Program-made: the position numbers and the translations under genes
Part shown: piece by piece, positions 22,604 through 31,926 of the stretch
Position numbering within the stretch: position 1 is the stretch's first letter
Layout of the letters: the number at the start of each line of letters is the position of its first letter
The notes under the pieces: generated by a model
Databases searched by the model: none
Seen by the model: the letters and a program-made list of their open reading frames with translations, nothing else
Told to the model about the DNA's origin: nothing
From: an uncultured delta proteobacterium
GTDB taxonomy: Bacteria; Myxococcota; Myxococcia; Myxococcales; Anaeromyxobacteraceae
Direction: 5' to 3'
Assembly (NCBI GenBank): GCA_963828255.1
Contig: CAWHDZ010000028.1
Coordinates: forward strand, 1-64,000
Length of the DNA stretch: 64,000 nt

Positions 22604-23926
22604 ATGGCGCGGGTGTCCACACGACTGGTGATCCGCAGGGCCCGCCTGGTTCGCGACCCGCCCGCCAGCGGCGCCACCGTGGTCGTCGAGGGAGGGCTCG
22701 TCACCAGGGTGGCGCTCCCCGGAGAGCCGGTCTCCGCCGAGCCGGGCGACTGGGAGATCGACGCCGACGGGCGCCTGCTCGTGCCCGGATGCGTGGACGC
22801 CCACACCCACCTCGCCGTGGGCGCGCTGCTCCGCTTCGCCGGGCTGCCGGGGCGCTACCCCGGTTCACCGCGGGCGCTGCGCCAGGGATTCAGGCGCCCA
22901 GTGGAGGAGCGGCTCGCCCCCGCCGACGTGGAGGCGCTCGCCGGCGCCGCGGCGCTCGCCGCGCTCCGGGCCGGTACGACCACCGTGATCGCGCTGGAGC
23001 GGGCCATGCCCGGTGAGGAGCTCGCCACCCTGGAGGCCGCGGAGCGGGCGGTGCGGGCCGTGGGCATCCGCGCGATCCTGGCCCACGGAGCGAGCGACCT
23101 GGGCGGCGCCGCGCGAGGCCTGGCGTCGGCGCGGGCGGCGATGGAGTTCGCCGGGCCGCGCGCCGGGGACCCGCTGGTGCGCGGGATGGCCGGGCTCGAC
23201 GGGCTCCACGCCACCACCCGCGAGACCCTCGAGGCGCTCGCCGGGCCGGCAGCCCGCTTCGGGATCCACGCCTCGGTGGCCGAGGACGGCTCCGACCTGG
23301 ACCGGTCCTGGGGGCTCGAGGGGAAGTGGCCGGTGCAGCTCCTCGACGACTCCGCCCTCCTGGGACGCTCCACCATCGTCGCCCACGGGTCCACCCTCTC
23401 CACCCCGGAGGCCGAGGCGATCCGCGCCGCCGACGCCGTGCTCGTGGTGCCGCTCCGCGCGGCCCGCCACTGGGGCGTCGAGCCGGCCGGCCTCGGCCTC
23501 GCCGCGGCGGCGGAGGTCCCGGTCGCGCTCGGGACCGATGGCCTCTTCCCCGACCTGGCCGGCGAGGCGGTGGAACTGGCCGGATACCTGCGCAGCCGCC
23601 GCTCCGCACCACCCCCCGGGTCGGAGTTCCTCGAGGAGTCGGTCTGGCCGACCGGCGCCGCGCTGGCGAGCCAGCTCCTCGGAGCCCGGCTCGGAGCGGT
23701 GCAGGAGGGAGCCGACGCCGACCTCGTCATCCTGGACTGGCGCCCGTCCGGCGTGGAGCCGGAGGGGCGGGGCGGGAATGCGGCAGCCCTCTGGGCTGGA
23801 GCTCCGGCCGCGTGGGTCATCGTGGCCGGGGAGGTGCGCCTGCGCGAGGGGGTGGCGCTCGGGGTGGATCCGGTCGAGGTGTCGGCGAAGGCGGTCGAGG
23901 CGGCGCGAAGGGCGCTGGCCGACTGA
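22604..23926 (+). CDS. amidohydrolase family protein (SsnA/MTA-deaminase-like)
   Basis: PGCVDAHTHL, GTTTV, LGTDG, GADADLVILD. Confidence 0.82.
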   Translation: MARVSTRLVIRRARLVRDPPASGATVVVEGGLVTRVALPGEPVSAEPGDWEIDADGRLLVPGCVDAHTHLAVGALLRFAGLPGRYPGSPRALRQGFRRPVEERLAPADVEALAGAAALAALRAGTTTVIALERAMPGEELATLEAAERAVRAVGIRAILAHGASDLGGAARGLASARAAMEFAGPRAGDPLVRGMAGLDGLHATTRETLEALAGPAARFGIHASVAEDGSDLDRSWGLEGKWPVQLLDDSALLGRSTIVAHGSTLSTPEAEAIRAADAVLVVPLRAARHWGVEPAGLGLAAAAEVPVALGTDGLFPDLAGEAVELAGYLRSRRSAPPPGSEFLEESVWPTGAALASQLLGARLGAVQEGADADLVILDWRPSGVEPEGRGGNAAALWAGAPAAWVIVAGEVRLREGVALGVDPVEVSAKAVEAARRALAD

Positions 23927-23964
23927 AGGGGCGGCGCCAGGCGCCTATCCGCGCCTGCGCCCGC

Positions 23965-24834
23965 TCACCTTTGCCCCCCGATCAAGATCCCGGCGATGGC
24001 GCAGAGGGCGAAGGCCACCGAGGCGAAGGCGTTGAAGTCGAAGAAGGCCTTGCCGATGCGCTCGGCCTTGAGCTCCCCGTTCGGCGCGACGTAGAGGTGC
24101 TCGACCAGCAGCACGGCCGCCAGGATGGAGGTGCCGAGGAACCAGGCCGGCCCCTGCCGGCCGGAGATCCCCGCGCCGTAGATGGCGGCGACGGCGAGGA
24201 CGTGAAGCCCCCGCGCCCAGGCGAGCGCGCCGCCGACGCCGAAGCGGGCCGGGATGGACCGGAGGCCGCGGGAGCGGTCGAACTCCATGTCCTGCATCGA
24301 GTAGAAGACGTCGAAGCCGGCGATCCAGGCGCCCACGCCCAGGCCGAGGAGCAGCGCCGACGAAGGCGCCGTCCCGGTGAGGGCGATGGCCACGCCGATG
24401 GGGCCGAGCGCCTGGGCGACCCCGAGCCAGAGGTGGCAGCCCCAGGTGAAGCGCTTGGCGAAGGAGTAGCCGAGCAGGATGGCGAGCACCGGGAGCGAGA
24501 GCCATCCGGTGAGCGGGGAGATGAGGGCCGCCGCGGCCACGAAGGCCAGGCTCGAGCCGGCCAGGAGCGCCCAGGCCGCCGACGGGGAGACCTCGCCGGT
24601 GACCAGCTCGCGCGCCGCGGTGCGCGGGTTCTCCGCGTCGAAGGGGCGATCGGCGATGCGGTTCATGGCCATGGCGGCGGTGCGGGCCGCCACCACCGCC
24701 GCGGCGACCAGGAGGAGCCGCCCGGTGTCGAGCCGTGCCTGCCCGGCCACCAGCACCACCGCCGAGACCGCGAAGGGCAGGGCGAAGAGGGAGTGGGAGA
24801 ACTTCACCATCCGTGCAATAGCTCCGGCGGTCAC
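23965..24834 (-). CDS. mqnP: UbiA-family menaquinone prenyltransferase (MqnP)
   Basis: MVKFSHSLFALPFA, NRIADRPFDAENPRT.REL, YSFAKRFT, FDVFYSMQD; in the mqn operon. Confidence 0.88.
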   Translation of the reverse strand: MTAGAIARMVKFSHSLFALPFAVSAVVLVAGQARLDTGRLLLVAAAVVAARTAAMAMNRIADRPFDAENPRTAARELVTGEVSPSAAWALLAGSSLAFVAAAALISPLTGWLSLPVLAILLGYSFAKRFTWGCHLWLGVAQALGPIGVAIALTGTAPSSALLLGLGVGAWIAGFDVFYSMQDMEFDRSRGLRSIPARFGVGGALAWARGLHVLAVAAIYGAGISGRQGPAWFLGTSILAAVLLVEHLYVAPNGELKAERIGKAFFDFNAFASVAFALCAIAGILIGGQR

Positions 24835-26033
24835 GCGCGAGCCTCCGGCCGGTGGCGGGCCAGCCACGCGATGGGCCGGGCCAGCCCTTCCTCGAGGAGC
24901 CAGGCGAAGGGGTCATCGGGGACCGCGGAGCCGAGCGGGACCGCGAGGACCCCGGGGGCCGAACCCGGGAGGAGCCGCCCCACCGCGGGCGCCCCCACCG
25001 CGGCCCCGTTCCAGGCCAGCGAGAGCAGGCGCGAGGGCGCGACCGCCGGGAAGGCCTCGCGCAGGACGGCCAGCTCCTCGAGCGGCGAGAGGGAAGGGGA
25101 GGAGGCCAGCGAGTCGGTTCCCACGCCGAGCGGGATGCCCGCGTCGAGGAACCGGGGGAGGTCGGGGAGCCGCCCGGAGATGTGCCGGTTGGAGCGGGGG
25201 CAGAGGACCACCGTGGCCCCGGAGCGGACCAGCGCCGCCACGTCCAGGTCGTCGAGGTCCACCGCGTGGACCACCAGCGTCTCCGGCCCGAGCCAGGGGG
25301 CCACCGCGTCCACGGCGGAGCGGGCGAAGGGGCGGAGCGCGCCCGGCTCGAGGCCGAGCCGGAGCACGAGGTCGGCGAAGGGGCCGGCCGCCCCGGCCAC
25401 GAAGGAGCGCTCCTCCGGGACCTCGGCCAGGTGGATCGACGAGGGCCCGGCGCCGAGCAGCTCCGCGGCGGCCCCCAGGAAGGTGGAGTAGACGGCGTGC
25501 GGACACGGGGCCACGCGCAGGCCGGGGCCGGGGTCGCCGGCGCGGTCGCGCACCCCGGCGGCGGCCCGCATCGCCTCGGCCGCACGCACCTCGGTGAAGC
25601 CGTAGATCTCGTGGAAGAGGGTGCCGGCCAGCCCCTCGCGGGCCAGGTGGCGCGCGGAGCCGAGGCCGTTCGTCACGTCTCCCACGGCGGCGACGCCGGC
25701 CTCCCGCAGCGACGCGGCGCCCCGGGCCATGCCCTCCTCGACGGCCCCGCCCAGCGCGCGATGGGCCACCAGCGCCTCGATCCAGGGGACGAGGCCGCGG
25801 CCGCCGGGGATCTCTCCGGCCAGGTGGGAGAGCTCGAGGTGCAGGTGGGCGTTCACGAGAGCCGGGAGGATCACCGCCTGCCGCACCTCGGCCGGACCGT
25901 GGCGCGCCTCGACCTCCGCGCGCGGGCCGACCTCGAGCACCACGTCCCCGTCGAGCGCCACGGCGCCGTCCCGCACCGGCGGGATGTCCGGTCCGGGGAG
26001 CACCCAGGTGGCTGCGACGACGCGGACCGTCAC
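24831..26033 (-). CDS. amidohydrolase, probable aminofutalosine deaminase
   Basis: PALVNAHLHLE, PHAVYS, IHLAE, CPRSN, GTDSLAS; located between mqnC and mqnP. Confidence 0.8.
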   Translation of the reverse strand: MTVRVVAATWVLPGPDIPPVRDGAVALDGDVVLEVGPRAEVEARHGPAEVRQAVILPALVNAHLHLELSHLAGEIPGGRGLVPWIEALVAHRALGGAVEEGMARGAASLREAGVAAVGDVTNGLGSARHLAREGLAGTLFHEIYGFTEVRAAEAMRAAAGVRDRAGDPGPGLRVAPCPHAVYSTFLGAAAELLGAGPSSIHLAEVPEERSFVAGAAGPFADLVLRLGLEPGALRPFARSAVDAVAPWLGPETLVVHAVDLDDLDVAALVRSGATVVLCPRSNRHISGRLPDLPRFLDAGIPLGVGTDSLASSPSLSPLEELAVLREAFPAVAPSRLLSLAWNGAAVGAPAVGRLLPGSAPGVLAVPLGSAVPDDPFAWLLEEGLARPIAWLARHRPEARA

Positions 26034-26041
26034 GGCGCGTC

Positions 26042-27913
26042 CTAGGCCGCCTGGCCGACCAGCTGGTAGCGCATGTTGCGCCGGGCGGCGCGGAAGCCGG
26101 CGTCGCGGATGTGCCGCTCGACCTCGTCCGAGTCCATCTGGAAGGTGGTGCCGGCGGCGCTGACCACGTTCTCCTCGATCATCACGCTGCCGAAGTCGTT
26201 GCACCCCATGTGAAGGGCGGCCTGGGCCACCCCTCCACCCATCGTCACCCAGGAGGCCTGGAAGTTGGGGACGTTGTCCAGCACCAGGCGGGCCAGGGCG
26301 TTCACGCGCAGGTAGGCGTGGGCGCTGTTGTCGGACGGCTCGAGCCGTGTGTTCTCCGGCTGGAAGGTCCAGCAGATGAAGGCGGTGAAGCCCTTCGTCT
26401 CGTCCTGCAACTCGCGCAGCCGGAGGAAGTGGTTGACCCGGTGCTGCGCCTCCTCGCCCACCCCGAACATGAGCGTGGCGGTGCTGCGGAGCCCCTTCAC
26501 ATGCGCGGCCCGCATCACCGTGAGCCACTCGTCGGTCGAGCACTTGAGGGGCGCGATGCGACGGCGCACCTCGTCGTCGAGCACCTCCGCGCCGCCCCCC
26601 GGGATGCTGTCGAGGCCGGCGGCCACCAGCCGGTCCACGGTGGCGTCGAGCGAGAGCTGGCTCGTGCGGGCGATGTGCCAGATCTCCTCGGGGGAGAGGG
26701 CGTGCAGGTTGATGGCCGGGTAGGTGGTCTTCACCCATCGGAAGAGGTCCTCGTACCACTCGATCCCCAGGTCGGGGTGGAGGCCGCCCTGCAGCAGGAC
26801 CTCGATGCCGCCCAGCGCAAGCGTCTCCTCGATCTTCCTGCCCATCTGGCCGCGGTCGAGCACGTAGGCCTCGCCGTGGCCGCGGGGGCGGTAGAAGGCG
26901 CAGAAGGAGCAGGCCGTCGTGCACACGTTGGTGTAGTTCATGTTGCGCGACACGATGTAGGTGACGACGCCGTCGGGGTGCAGGGCGCGCCGGCGCATGT
27001 CGGCGGCCAGCCCCAGCTCGAGCAGCGGCGCCTTCTCGTCGAGGGCCTCGGCCTCGTCGGCGTCGAGCCGCTCGCCGTCGGCGCCCTTCTGGAGCGCGGT
27101 GTCCACCGACACGGAGCGCCGGATGCGGCGGCTGCGCACCACGTCGTCGGCGAAGCGCAGCCGGGAGGGCGGCACGAGGCCGGCGACGGCGGCGCGGGAG
27201 AGGAAGGTCTCCAGCCCTTCCAGCTCGTGCGGCCCCAGGCCGTAGCGGATCTTCCGGGTCAGGTAGCGGCGGTAGTGCTCGGGGTCGCCGCCGGCCTCGC
27301 GGGCGAACTGCTGGGCCAGCTCGGTGCGCATCCCCAGGCCGACCTGGGCCCCGCGGGCCAGCTCCTGCACGTCCTCGGGGCGGAGCACGCCGGGGCGGGC
27401 CGCCCAGACCGCGAAGACCATGGGGAGCTTCGTCAGCCGGTTCCACTCGCGCCCCAGGTCGAGGACCACCTTGCGCTTCACCTCGAAGGCCCGGTCGCCG
27501 ATGACCAGCGCCCCCTTGGTCCCCACCGCGCGGGCCAGCCCCTCGAGCGCCGGGAGGTGGGTGTAACGGGGAGTGATTCCCCGCTCGTGGAGCACGAGCT
27601 GGGCCAGGATCTGCGAGGTGCGCGAGGCGGTGTCGAGGAAGACCTCGTCCCAGGTCTCGGGCGGCTCCTCGCCGGCCAGCACCACGGTCTCCACCGGCCC
27701 GTCGGCGCCGATGCCGATGCCCGGAACCACCTCCCAGTCGCGACCCGGCAGGGCCCCCACCGGGAGCAGCGCCAGGTCCACGTCGCCGGCCTCGAGCATG
27801 GATGCGCACAGGGAGGGCTCGGCCAGCACCAGGTCGATGAGCGGGCTGCCGGAGAGCCCCGCGGTGAGCGGGCGCGCGTTCAGGAAGGAGACGGCGGCGG
27901 CGCGGAGCTTCAT
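26042..27913 (-). CDS. mqnC: MqnA-MqnC fusion: chorismate dehydratase + cyclic dehypoxanthinyl futalosine synthase (radical SAM)
   Basis: N-half SFLNARPL, SRTS, LVIGDRA, DLG.EW..LT.LPMVFAVW (MqnA); C-half NYTNVCTTACSFCAF, LLQGGLHP, SIPGGGAEVL, GSVMIEENVVSAAG (MqnC); continuous frame. Confidence 0.9.
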   Translation of the reverse strand: MKLRAAAVSFLNARPLTAGLSGSPLIDLVLAEPSLCASMLEAGDVDLALLPVGALPGRDWEVVPGIGIGADGPVETVVLAGEEPPETWDEVFLDTASRTSQILAQLVLHERGITPRYTHLPALEGLARAVGTKGALVIGDRAFEVKRKVVLDLGREWNRLTKLPMVFAVWAARPGVLRPEDVQELARGAQVGLGMRTELAQQFAREAGGDPEHYRRYLTRKIRYGLGPHELEGLETFLSRAAVAGLVPPSRLRFADDVVRSRRIRRSVSVDTALQKGADGERLDADEAEALDEKAPLLELGLAADMRRRALHPDGVVTYIVSRNMNYTNVCTTACSFCAFYRPRGHGEAYVLDRGQMGRKIEETLALGGIEVLLQGGLHPDLGIEWYEDLFRWVKTTYPAINLHALSPEEIWHIARTSQLSLDATVDRLVAAGLDSIPGGGAEVLDDEVRRRIAPLKCSTDEWLTVMRAAHVKGLRSTATLMFGVGEEAQHRVNHFLRLRELQDETKGFTAFICWTFQPENTRLEPSDNSAHAYLRVNALARLVLDNVPNFQASWVTMGGGVAQAALHMGCNDFGSVMIEENVVSAAGTTFQMDSDEVERHIRDAGFRAARRNMRYQLVGQAA

Positions 27914-29073
27914 CGGAGACCTCCGGAGACGGCGGTGGCGGAGGCGGGCGCGTCGTGGACGCGCAGCACGTTGTAGAGGCTGTCGCGCTCCACGGGCACG
28001 CGCCCGGCGAAGCGGATCATGCGGTGGAGCTGGGCCTCGGAGAGGGCCTGCGGCGTGGTGGCCCCGGCCATGTGGTAGATGCGCTCCTCCAGCACCGTGC
28101 CGTCCACGTCGTCCACGCCGAACGACAGCGACGCCTGGGCCAGCCGCTCGCCCAGCGAGACCCAGTAGGCCTTCACGTGGTCGAAGTTGTCGAGGAAGAG
28201 GCGGGCCACCGCGAAGGTGCGCAGGCCGTCGTAGCCGGTGGGCTTGGGGAAGGCCTTCCCGATCATGTTGTGCTCGGGGTGGAAGGCCAGCGGGATGAAG
28301 ACCTGGAAGCCGTGGGTCTGGTCCTGGAGGTCGCGCAGCCGGGCCATGTGGTCCACCCGCTCGGCCAGCGTCTCGATGTGGCCGTAGAGCATGGTGGCGT
28401 TCGACTTCAAGCCCAGCCGGTGCGCGGTGCGGTGCACCTCGAGCCACTGCTCGGCGGTGGCCTTGTCGTCGCAGATCTTCCGGCGCACCCGCGCGGCGAA
28501 GATCTCCGCGCCGCCGCCGGGGATGGTGGTGAGGCCGGCGTCGATGAGCTCGCGCAGCACCTGCTCGAGCGACTTCCCGAACTTCTCGGCGAAGAAGTGC
28601 AGCTCCACCGCGGTGTAGCCCTTGATGTGCAGCTCGGGCCAGGCCTGCCGGATCCGCAGCACGGTCTCGAGGTAGTACTCCCAGGGAAGGTCGGGGTGCA
28701 GGCCGGAGACGATGTGCACCTCGGTGATCCCCAGCGCCCGCTTCGACACCACGTGCTGCACGGCCTGGTCGAGGGACATGGTGTAGCCCTCGCTGGCCTG
28801 CCGGTCGTCGGGGCGCGCGAACGAGCAGAACTTGCAGGTGGCCACGCAGACGTTGGTGGGGTTCAGGTGGACGTTGCGGTTGTAGTAGGTGAGGTCGCCG
28901 TGCCGGGCCTCGCGCACGTGGTTGGCGAGAGCGCCCAGCGCCGCCAGGTCGGTGGCCTCGAAGAGCGCGAGGGCCTCGGCCTCGCCGAGGCGCTGGCCCG
29001 CGAGCACCCGGTCGCGGATGGGGCCGAGCCCGTCGCGCTCGAGGGCGCGGTGTGCCAGGGCTGAGAGCATCAT
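27910..29073 (-). CDS. mqnE: aminofutalosine synthase MqnE (radical SAM)
   Basis: HLNPTNVCVATCKFCSF, EVHIVSGLHP, NATMLYGHIET, HVKAYW, ERIYHMAGA. Confidence 0.92.
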   Translation of the reverse strand: MMLSALAHRALERDGLGPIRDRVLAGQRLGEAEALALFEATDLAALGALANHVREARHGDLTYYNRNVHLNPTNVCVATCKFCSFARPDDRQASEGYTMSLDQAVQHVVSKRALGITEVHIVSGLHPDLPWEYYLETVLRIRQAWPELHIKGYTAVELHFFAEKFGKSLEQVLRELIDAGLTTIPGGGAEIFAARVRRKICDDKATAEQWLEVHRTAHRLGLKSNATMLYGHIETLAERVDHMARLRDLQDQTHGFQVFIPLAFHPEHNMIGKAFPKPTGYDGLRTFAVARLFLDNFDHVKAYWVSLGERLAQASLSFGVDDVDGTVLEERIYHMAGATTPQALSEAQLHRMIRFAGRVPVERDSLYNVLRVHDAPASATAVSGGLR

Positions 29074-29660
29074 TCCTCCGTGGGTTCGCCGCAGCCGTGG
29101 GGGGAGATCCCGTCCCAGCGGCGCATCAGCTCGTTGGGGATCCCGAGCCGGTCGAGGACGCGCGACACAACGGTGTCCACGAGCGCGTCGATGGTCCTGG
29201 GCTTCGAGTAGAAGCTGGGCGAGGCCGGCATGACGAAGGCGCCGGCCTCCACCACCTGCGCGATGGCGCGGGCGTGGATGAGGGAGATGGGGGTCTCGCG
29301 GAGCAGGAGGACGAGCCGCTTGCGCTCCTTCAGCATCACGTCGGCGGCGCGACCCACCAGGTCGGTGGAGACGCCGTAGGCCACCCGGGCCAGGCCGGCC
29401 GCCGAGCAGGGAACGATGGCCATGGCGTCGTAGCCGGCGCTGCCCGAGGAGAACGGGGCGGTCAGGTCCTGGTTCTTCCAGACCTTGAACGGGTAGTCGG
29501 GGGGCGACCCGATCTCGTGGGTCCAGATCTGGCGCGCCGTGGTGGTGAAGACCAGGTCCACCGACACGCCGGCCGCCGGCCCCTCCCGGGCCAGGAAGTC
29601 GAGGAGCCGCTTCGCGTACGGGGAGCCGGAGGCTCCGCCCACTCCGACGACCAGCTTCAC
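29070..29660 (-). CDS. ubiX: flavin prenyltransferase UbiX
   Basis: GVGGASG, SSGS, PCS, RAADVMLKE, RETP, PASPSFY. Confidence 0.92.
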   Translation of the reverse strand: MKLVVGVGGASGSPYAKRLLDFLAREGPAAGVSVDLVFTTTARQIWTHEIGSPPDYPFKVWKNQDLTAPFSSGSAGYDAMAIVPCSAAGLARVAYGVSTDLVGRAADVMLKERKRLVLLLRETPISLIHARAIAQVVEAGAFVMPASPSFYSKPRTIDALVDTVVSRVLDRLGIPNELMRRWDGISPHGCGEPTEE

Positions 29661-30361
29661 GCGCGCACCCCCGTCACCAGCCCGCACACCCCGGGGAAGA
29701 GCAGTTCCCCCTTCACGTCGCGAAAGCCGGCCCGCCCCGCCGCGTCGAGGAACTCGGGCAGGGAGGCGAACCGCTCCATCGACTCGACCAGGTAACGGTA
29801 GGCCCCGGCGTCGGCGGAGAGCAGCCTCCCCATCACCGGCAGGGCGAGCTTGTTGTACGCTCCGTGAAAGGCCCGCGTGCCCGTGGACTCGGGCCGGAAG
29901 AACTCCAGGATGGCGAGCCGGGCGCCGGGCCTCATGACCCGGGCCATCTCGGAGAGCCCCACCTCGTGGCTGTCGAGGTTGCGCACGCCGAAGGCCACGG
30001 TGACGCCGTCCACCGAGCCGGTGCGGAAGGGAAGGTGGAGCGCGTCGGCGGTGGCGGCCGGCAGCCCGGTCTTGGCCGCTCCGCGCGAGAGCATGGGGAT
30101 GGAGAAGTCGCTCCCCAGGACCACCGCCTCCGGGTACTGGCGCCGGGCCTCGGCGGCCACGTCCATGGTGCCGGCGCAGACGTCGAGGAGCCGCTCGCCC
30201 GGGGCGAGGCGCAGGGTGCGGACCGCGCGCCTGCGCCAGAGCTGGTCCACCCGCAGCGTCATGACCCGGTTGAGCAGGTCGTAGGTGGGGGCGATGCGGT
30301 CGAACATGGCGCGCACCGCCTGGGCGCGCTCGCCCTGCCCGGGCAGGGGGACGCCGGTCAT
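29657..30361 (-). CDS. menG: demethylmenaquinone methyltransferase (MenG/UbiE)
   Basis: MFDRIAPTYDLLN, LDVCAGT, VAFGVRN, AYRYLVES. Confidence 0.9.
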   Translation of the reverse strand: MTGVPLPGQGERAQAVRAMFDRIAPTYDLLNRVMTLRVDQLWRRRAVRTLRLAPGERLLDVCAGTMDVAAEARRQYPEAVVLGSDFSIPMLSRGAAKTGLPAATADALHLPFRTGSVDGVTVAFGVRNLDSHEVGLSEMARVMRPGARLAILEFFRPESTGTRAFHGAYNKLALPVMGRLLSADAGAYRYLVESMERFASLPEFLDAAGRAGFRDVKGELLFPGVCGLVTGVRA

Positions 30362-31872
30362 GCCCCGCCTCCGCGGCGCGGGATCCAGCTGGCCGCCGGC
30401 GGCGGCGCGATGCGGGGGCGCGACGGCCTCGGCGCCCCGGGCACCAGCGTCTCGTAGAGGGCGTCCATGCGCGCGAGCACCTCGGGCGGGTGGACGCAGG
30501 GCTCGGGCCACTCCCGCCCGCCCTCCTCGACGAACTTCTTGGTGGCGTCGATGCCCACCTTGGCGCCCAGGCCGAAGGCGGTGGAGGCGTGGTCGAGCAC
30601 GTCCACCGGGCCGTCCACCACCACCATGTCCCGCTTGGCGTCCACGTTCGCGAAGGCGCGCCAGGCGCACTGGGAGAAGTCGTGCACGTCCACGTCCTCG
30701 TCGAAGACCACCAGCGTCTTGGTGGCCGACATCTGCCCCGAGCCCCACAGCCCGTGCATGAGCTTGCGTGCGTGGCCGGGGAAGTCCTTCCGGATGGAGA
30801 GGAAGCAGAGGTTGTGGAAGACCCCCTCGGGCGGGAAGGCCATGTCCACCACCTCGGGGAAGACCAGCTGGAGCATGGGCAGGAAGAGCCGCTCGGTGGC
30901 GGTGCCCATCCAGTAGTCCTCCATGGGCGGCGGCCCCACCACGGTGGCCGGGTAGACGGCGTCGCGGCGTCGCGTGATGGCGGTCACCTCGAGGAAGGGG
31001 TAGTCGTCGGCCAGGGAGTAGTAGCCGGTGTGATCGCCGAAGGGCCCCTCGCGGACCACCCCCTGCTCGGAGACGTAGCCCTCGATGACCACGTCTGCGT
31101 CGGCGGGGACCTCGAGGTCCACCGTGACCCCCTTCACCATGTGCACCGACTCCTTCCGCAGGAAGCCGGCGAAGAGGTACTCGTCGATGCCCGGCGGGAG
31201 AGGGGCCGAGGCGCAGTAGGTGAGCGCCGGGTCGCCGCCGAGCGCGATGGCCACCGGCATGCGCTCGCCCCGCTTGCGGTAGGCGCGCCACTGGGCGTTG
31301 GCGGTCTTGTGGAGCTGCCAGTGGAGGCCCACCTTGCGCGGCCCCATCACCTGGCAGCGGTACATCCCCACGTTGCGGATCCCGGTCTCCAGGTCGCGGG
31401 TGATGACCTGCGGAAGGGTGATGAAGGGGCCGCCGTCGTGGGGCCAGGTGGTGAGCACCGGGATCGACGCCATGTCCGGCTCGCGGTCCACGATCTCCTG
31501 CACCGGCCCCGACGAGACGTGCTTCGGGGGGAGCGACGCCAGCTTCCCCAGCTTCGGGATCATCTTGAGCTTGTCCCAGAGCCCCTGCGGCGGCGCCATC
31601 TTGAGCAGCGCCCGGAGCTCGCTGGCCGGCTCGTCGAGGTCCTCGCAGGAGAGCGCCCAGGCGGCGCGCCGCCTGGTGCCGAACAGGTTCATGGCCACCG
31701 GCATGGCGCCGGAGGAGGGCTTCTCGAAGAGGAGCGCGGGCCCCTGCTGCTTGGCGGCGCGGTCGGCGAGCGCCGCCATGTCGAGCTTCAGGTCGACGGG
31801 TTCGCGGACGCGGACGAGCTCGCCGGCCCGCTCCAGTCGATCGAGGAAATCGCGCAGGGACCGGTAAGCCAT
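30358..31872 (-). CDS. ubiD: UbiD-family decarboxylase of menaquinone biosynthesis (MqnL)
   Basis: GPALLFE, DGGPFIT, RNVGMYR, EGPFGDHTGYY, GIDATKK. Confidence 0.9.
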   Translation of the reverse strand: MAYRSLRDFLDRLERAGELVRVREPVDLKLDMAALADRAAKQQGPALLFEKPSSGAMPVAMNLFGTRRRAAWALSCEDLDEPASELRALLKMAPPQGLWDKLKMIPKLGKLASLPPKHVSSGPVQEIVDREPDMASIPVLTTWPHDGGPFITLPQVITRDLETGIRNVGMYRCQVMGPRKVGLHWQLHKTANAQWRAYRKRGERMPVAIALGGDPALTYCASAPLPPGIDEYLFAGFLRKESVHMVKGVTVDLEVPADADVVIEGYVSEQGVVREGPFGDHTGYYSLADDYPFLEVTAITRRRDAVYPATVVGPPPMEDYWMGTATERLFLPMLQLVFPEVVDMAFPPEGVFHNLCFLSIRKDFPGHARKLMHGLWGSGQMSATKTLVVFDEDVDVHDFSQCAWRAFANVDAKRDMVVVDGPVDVLDHASTAFGLGAKVGIDATKKFVEEGGREWPEPCVHPPEVLARMDALYETLVPGAPRPSRPRIAPPPAASWIPRRGGGA

Positions 31873-31926
31873 GGGGAGCCGGGATCTACTCCCATCCCTC
31901 CCTTGTTTCAACGATTGCTGAAAGAT

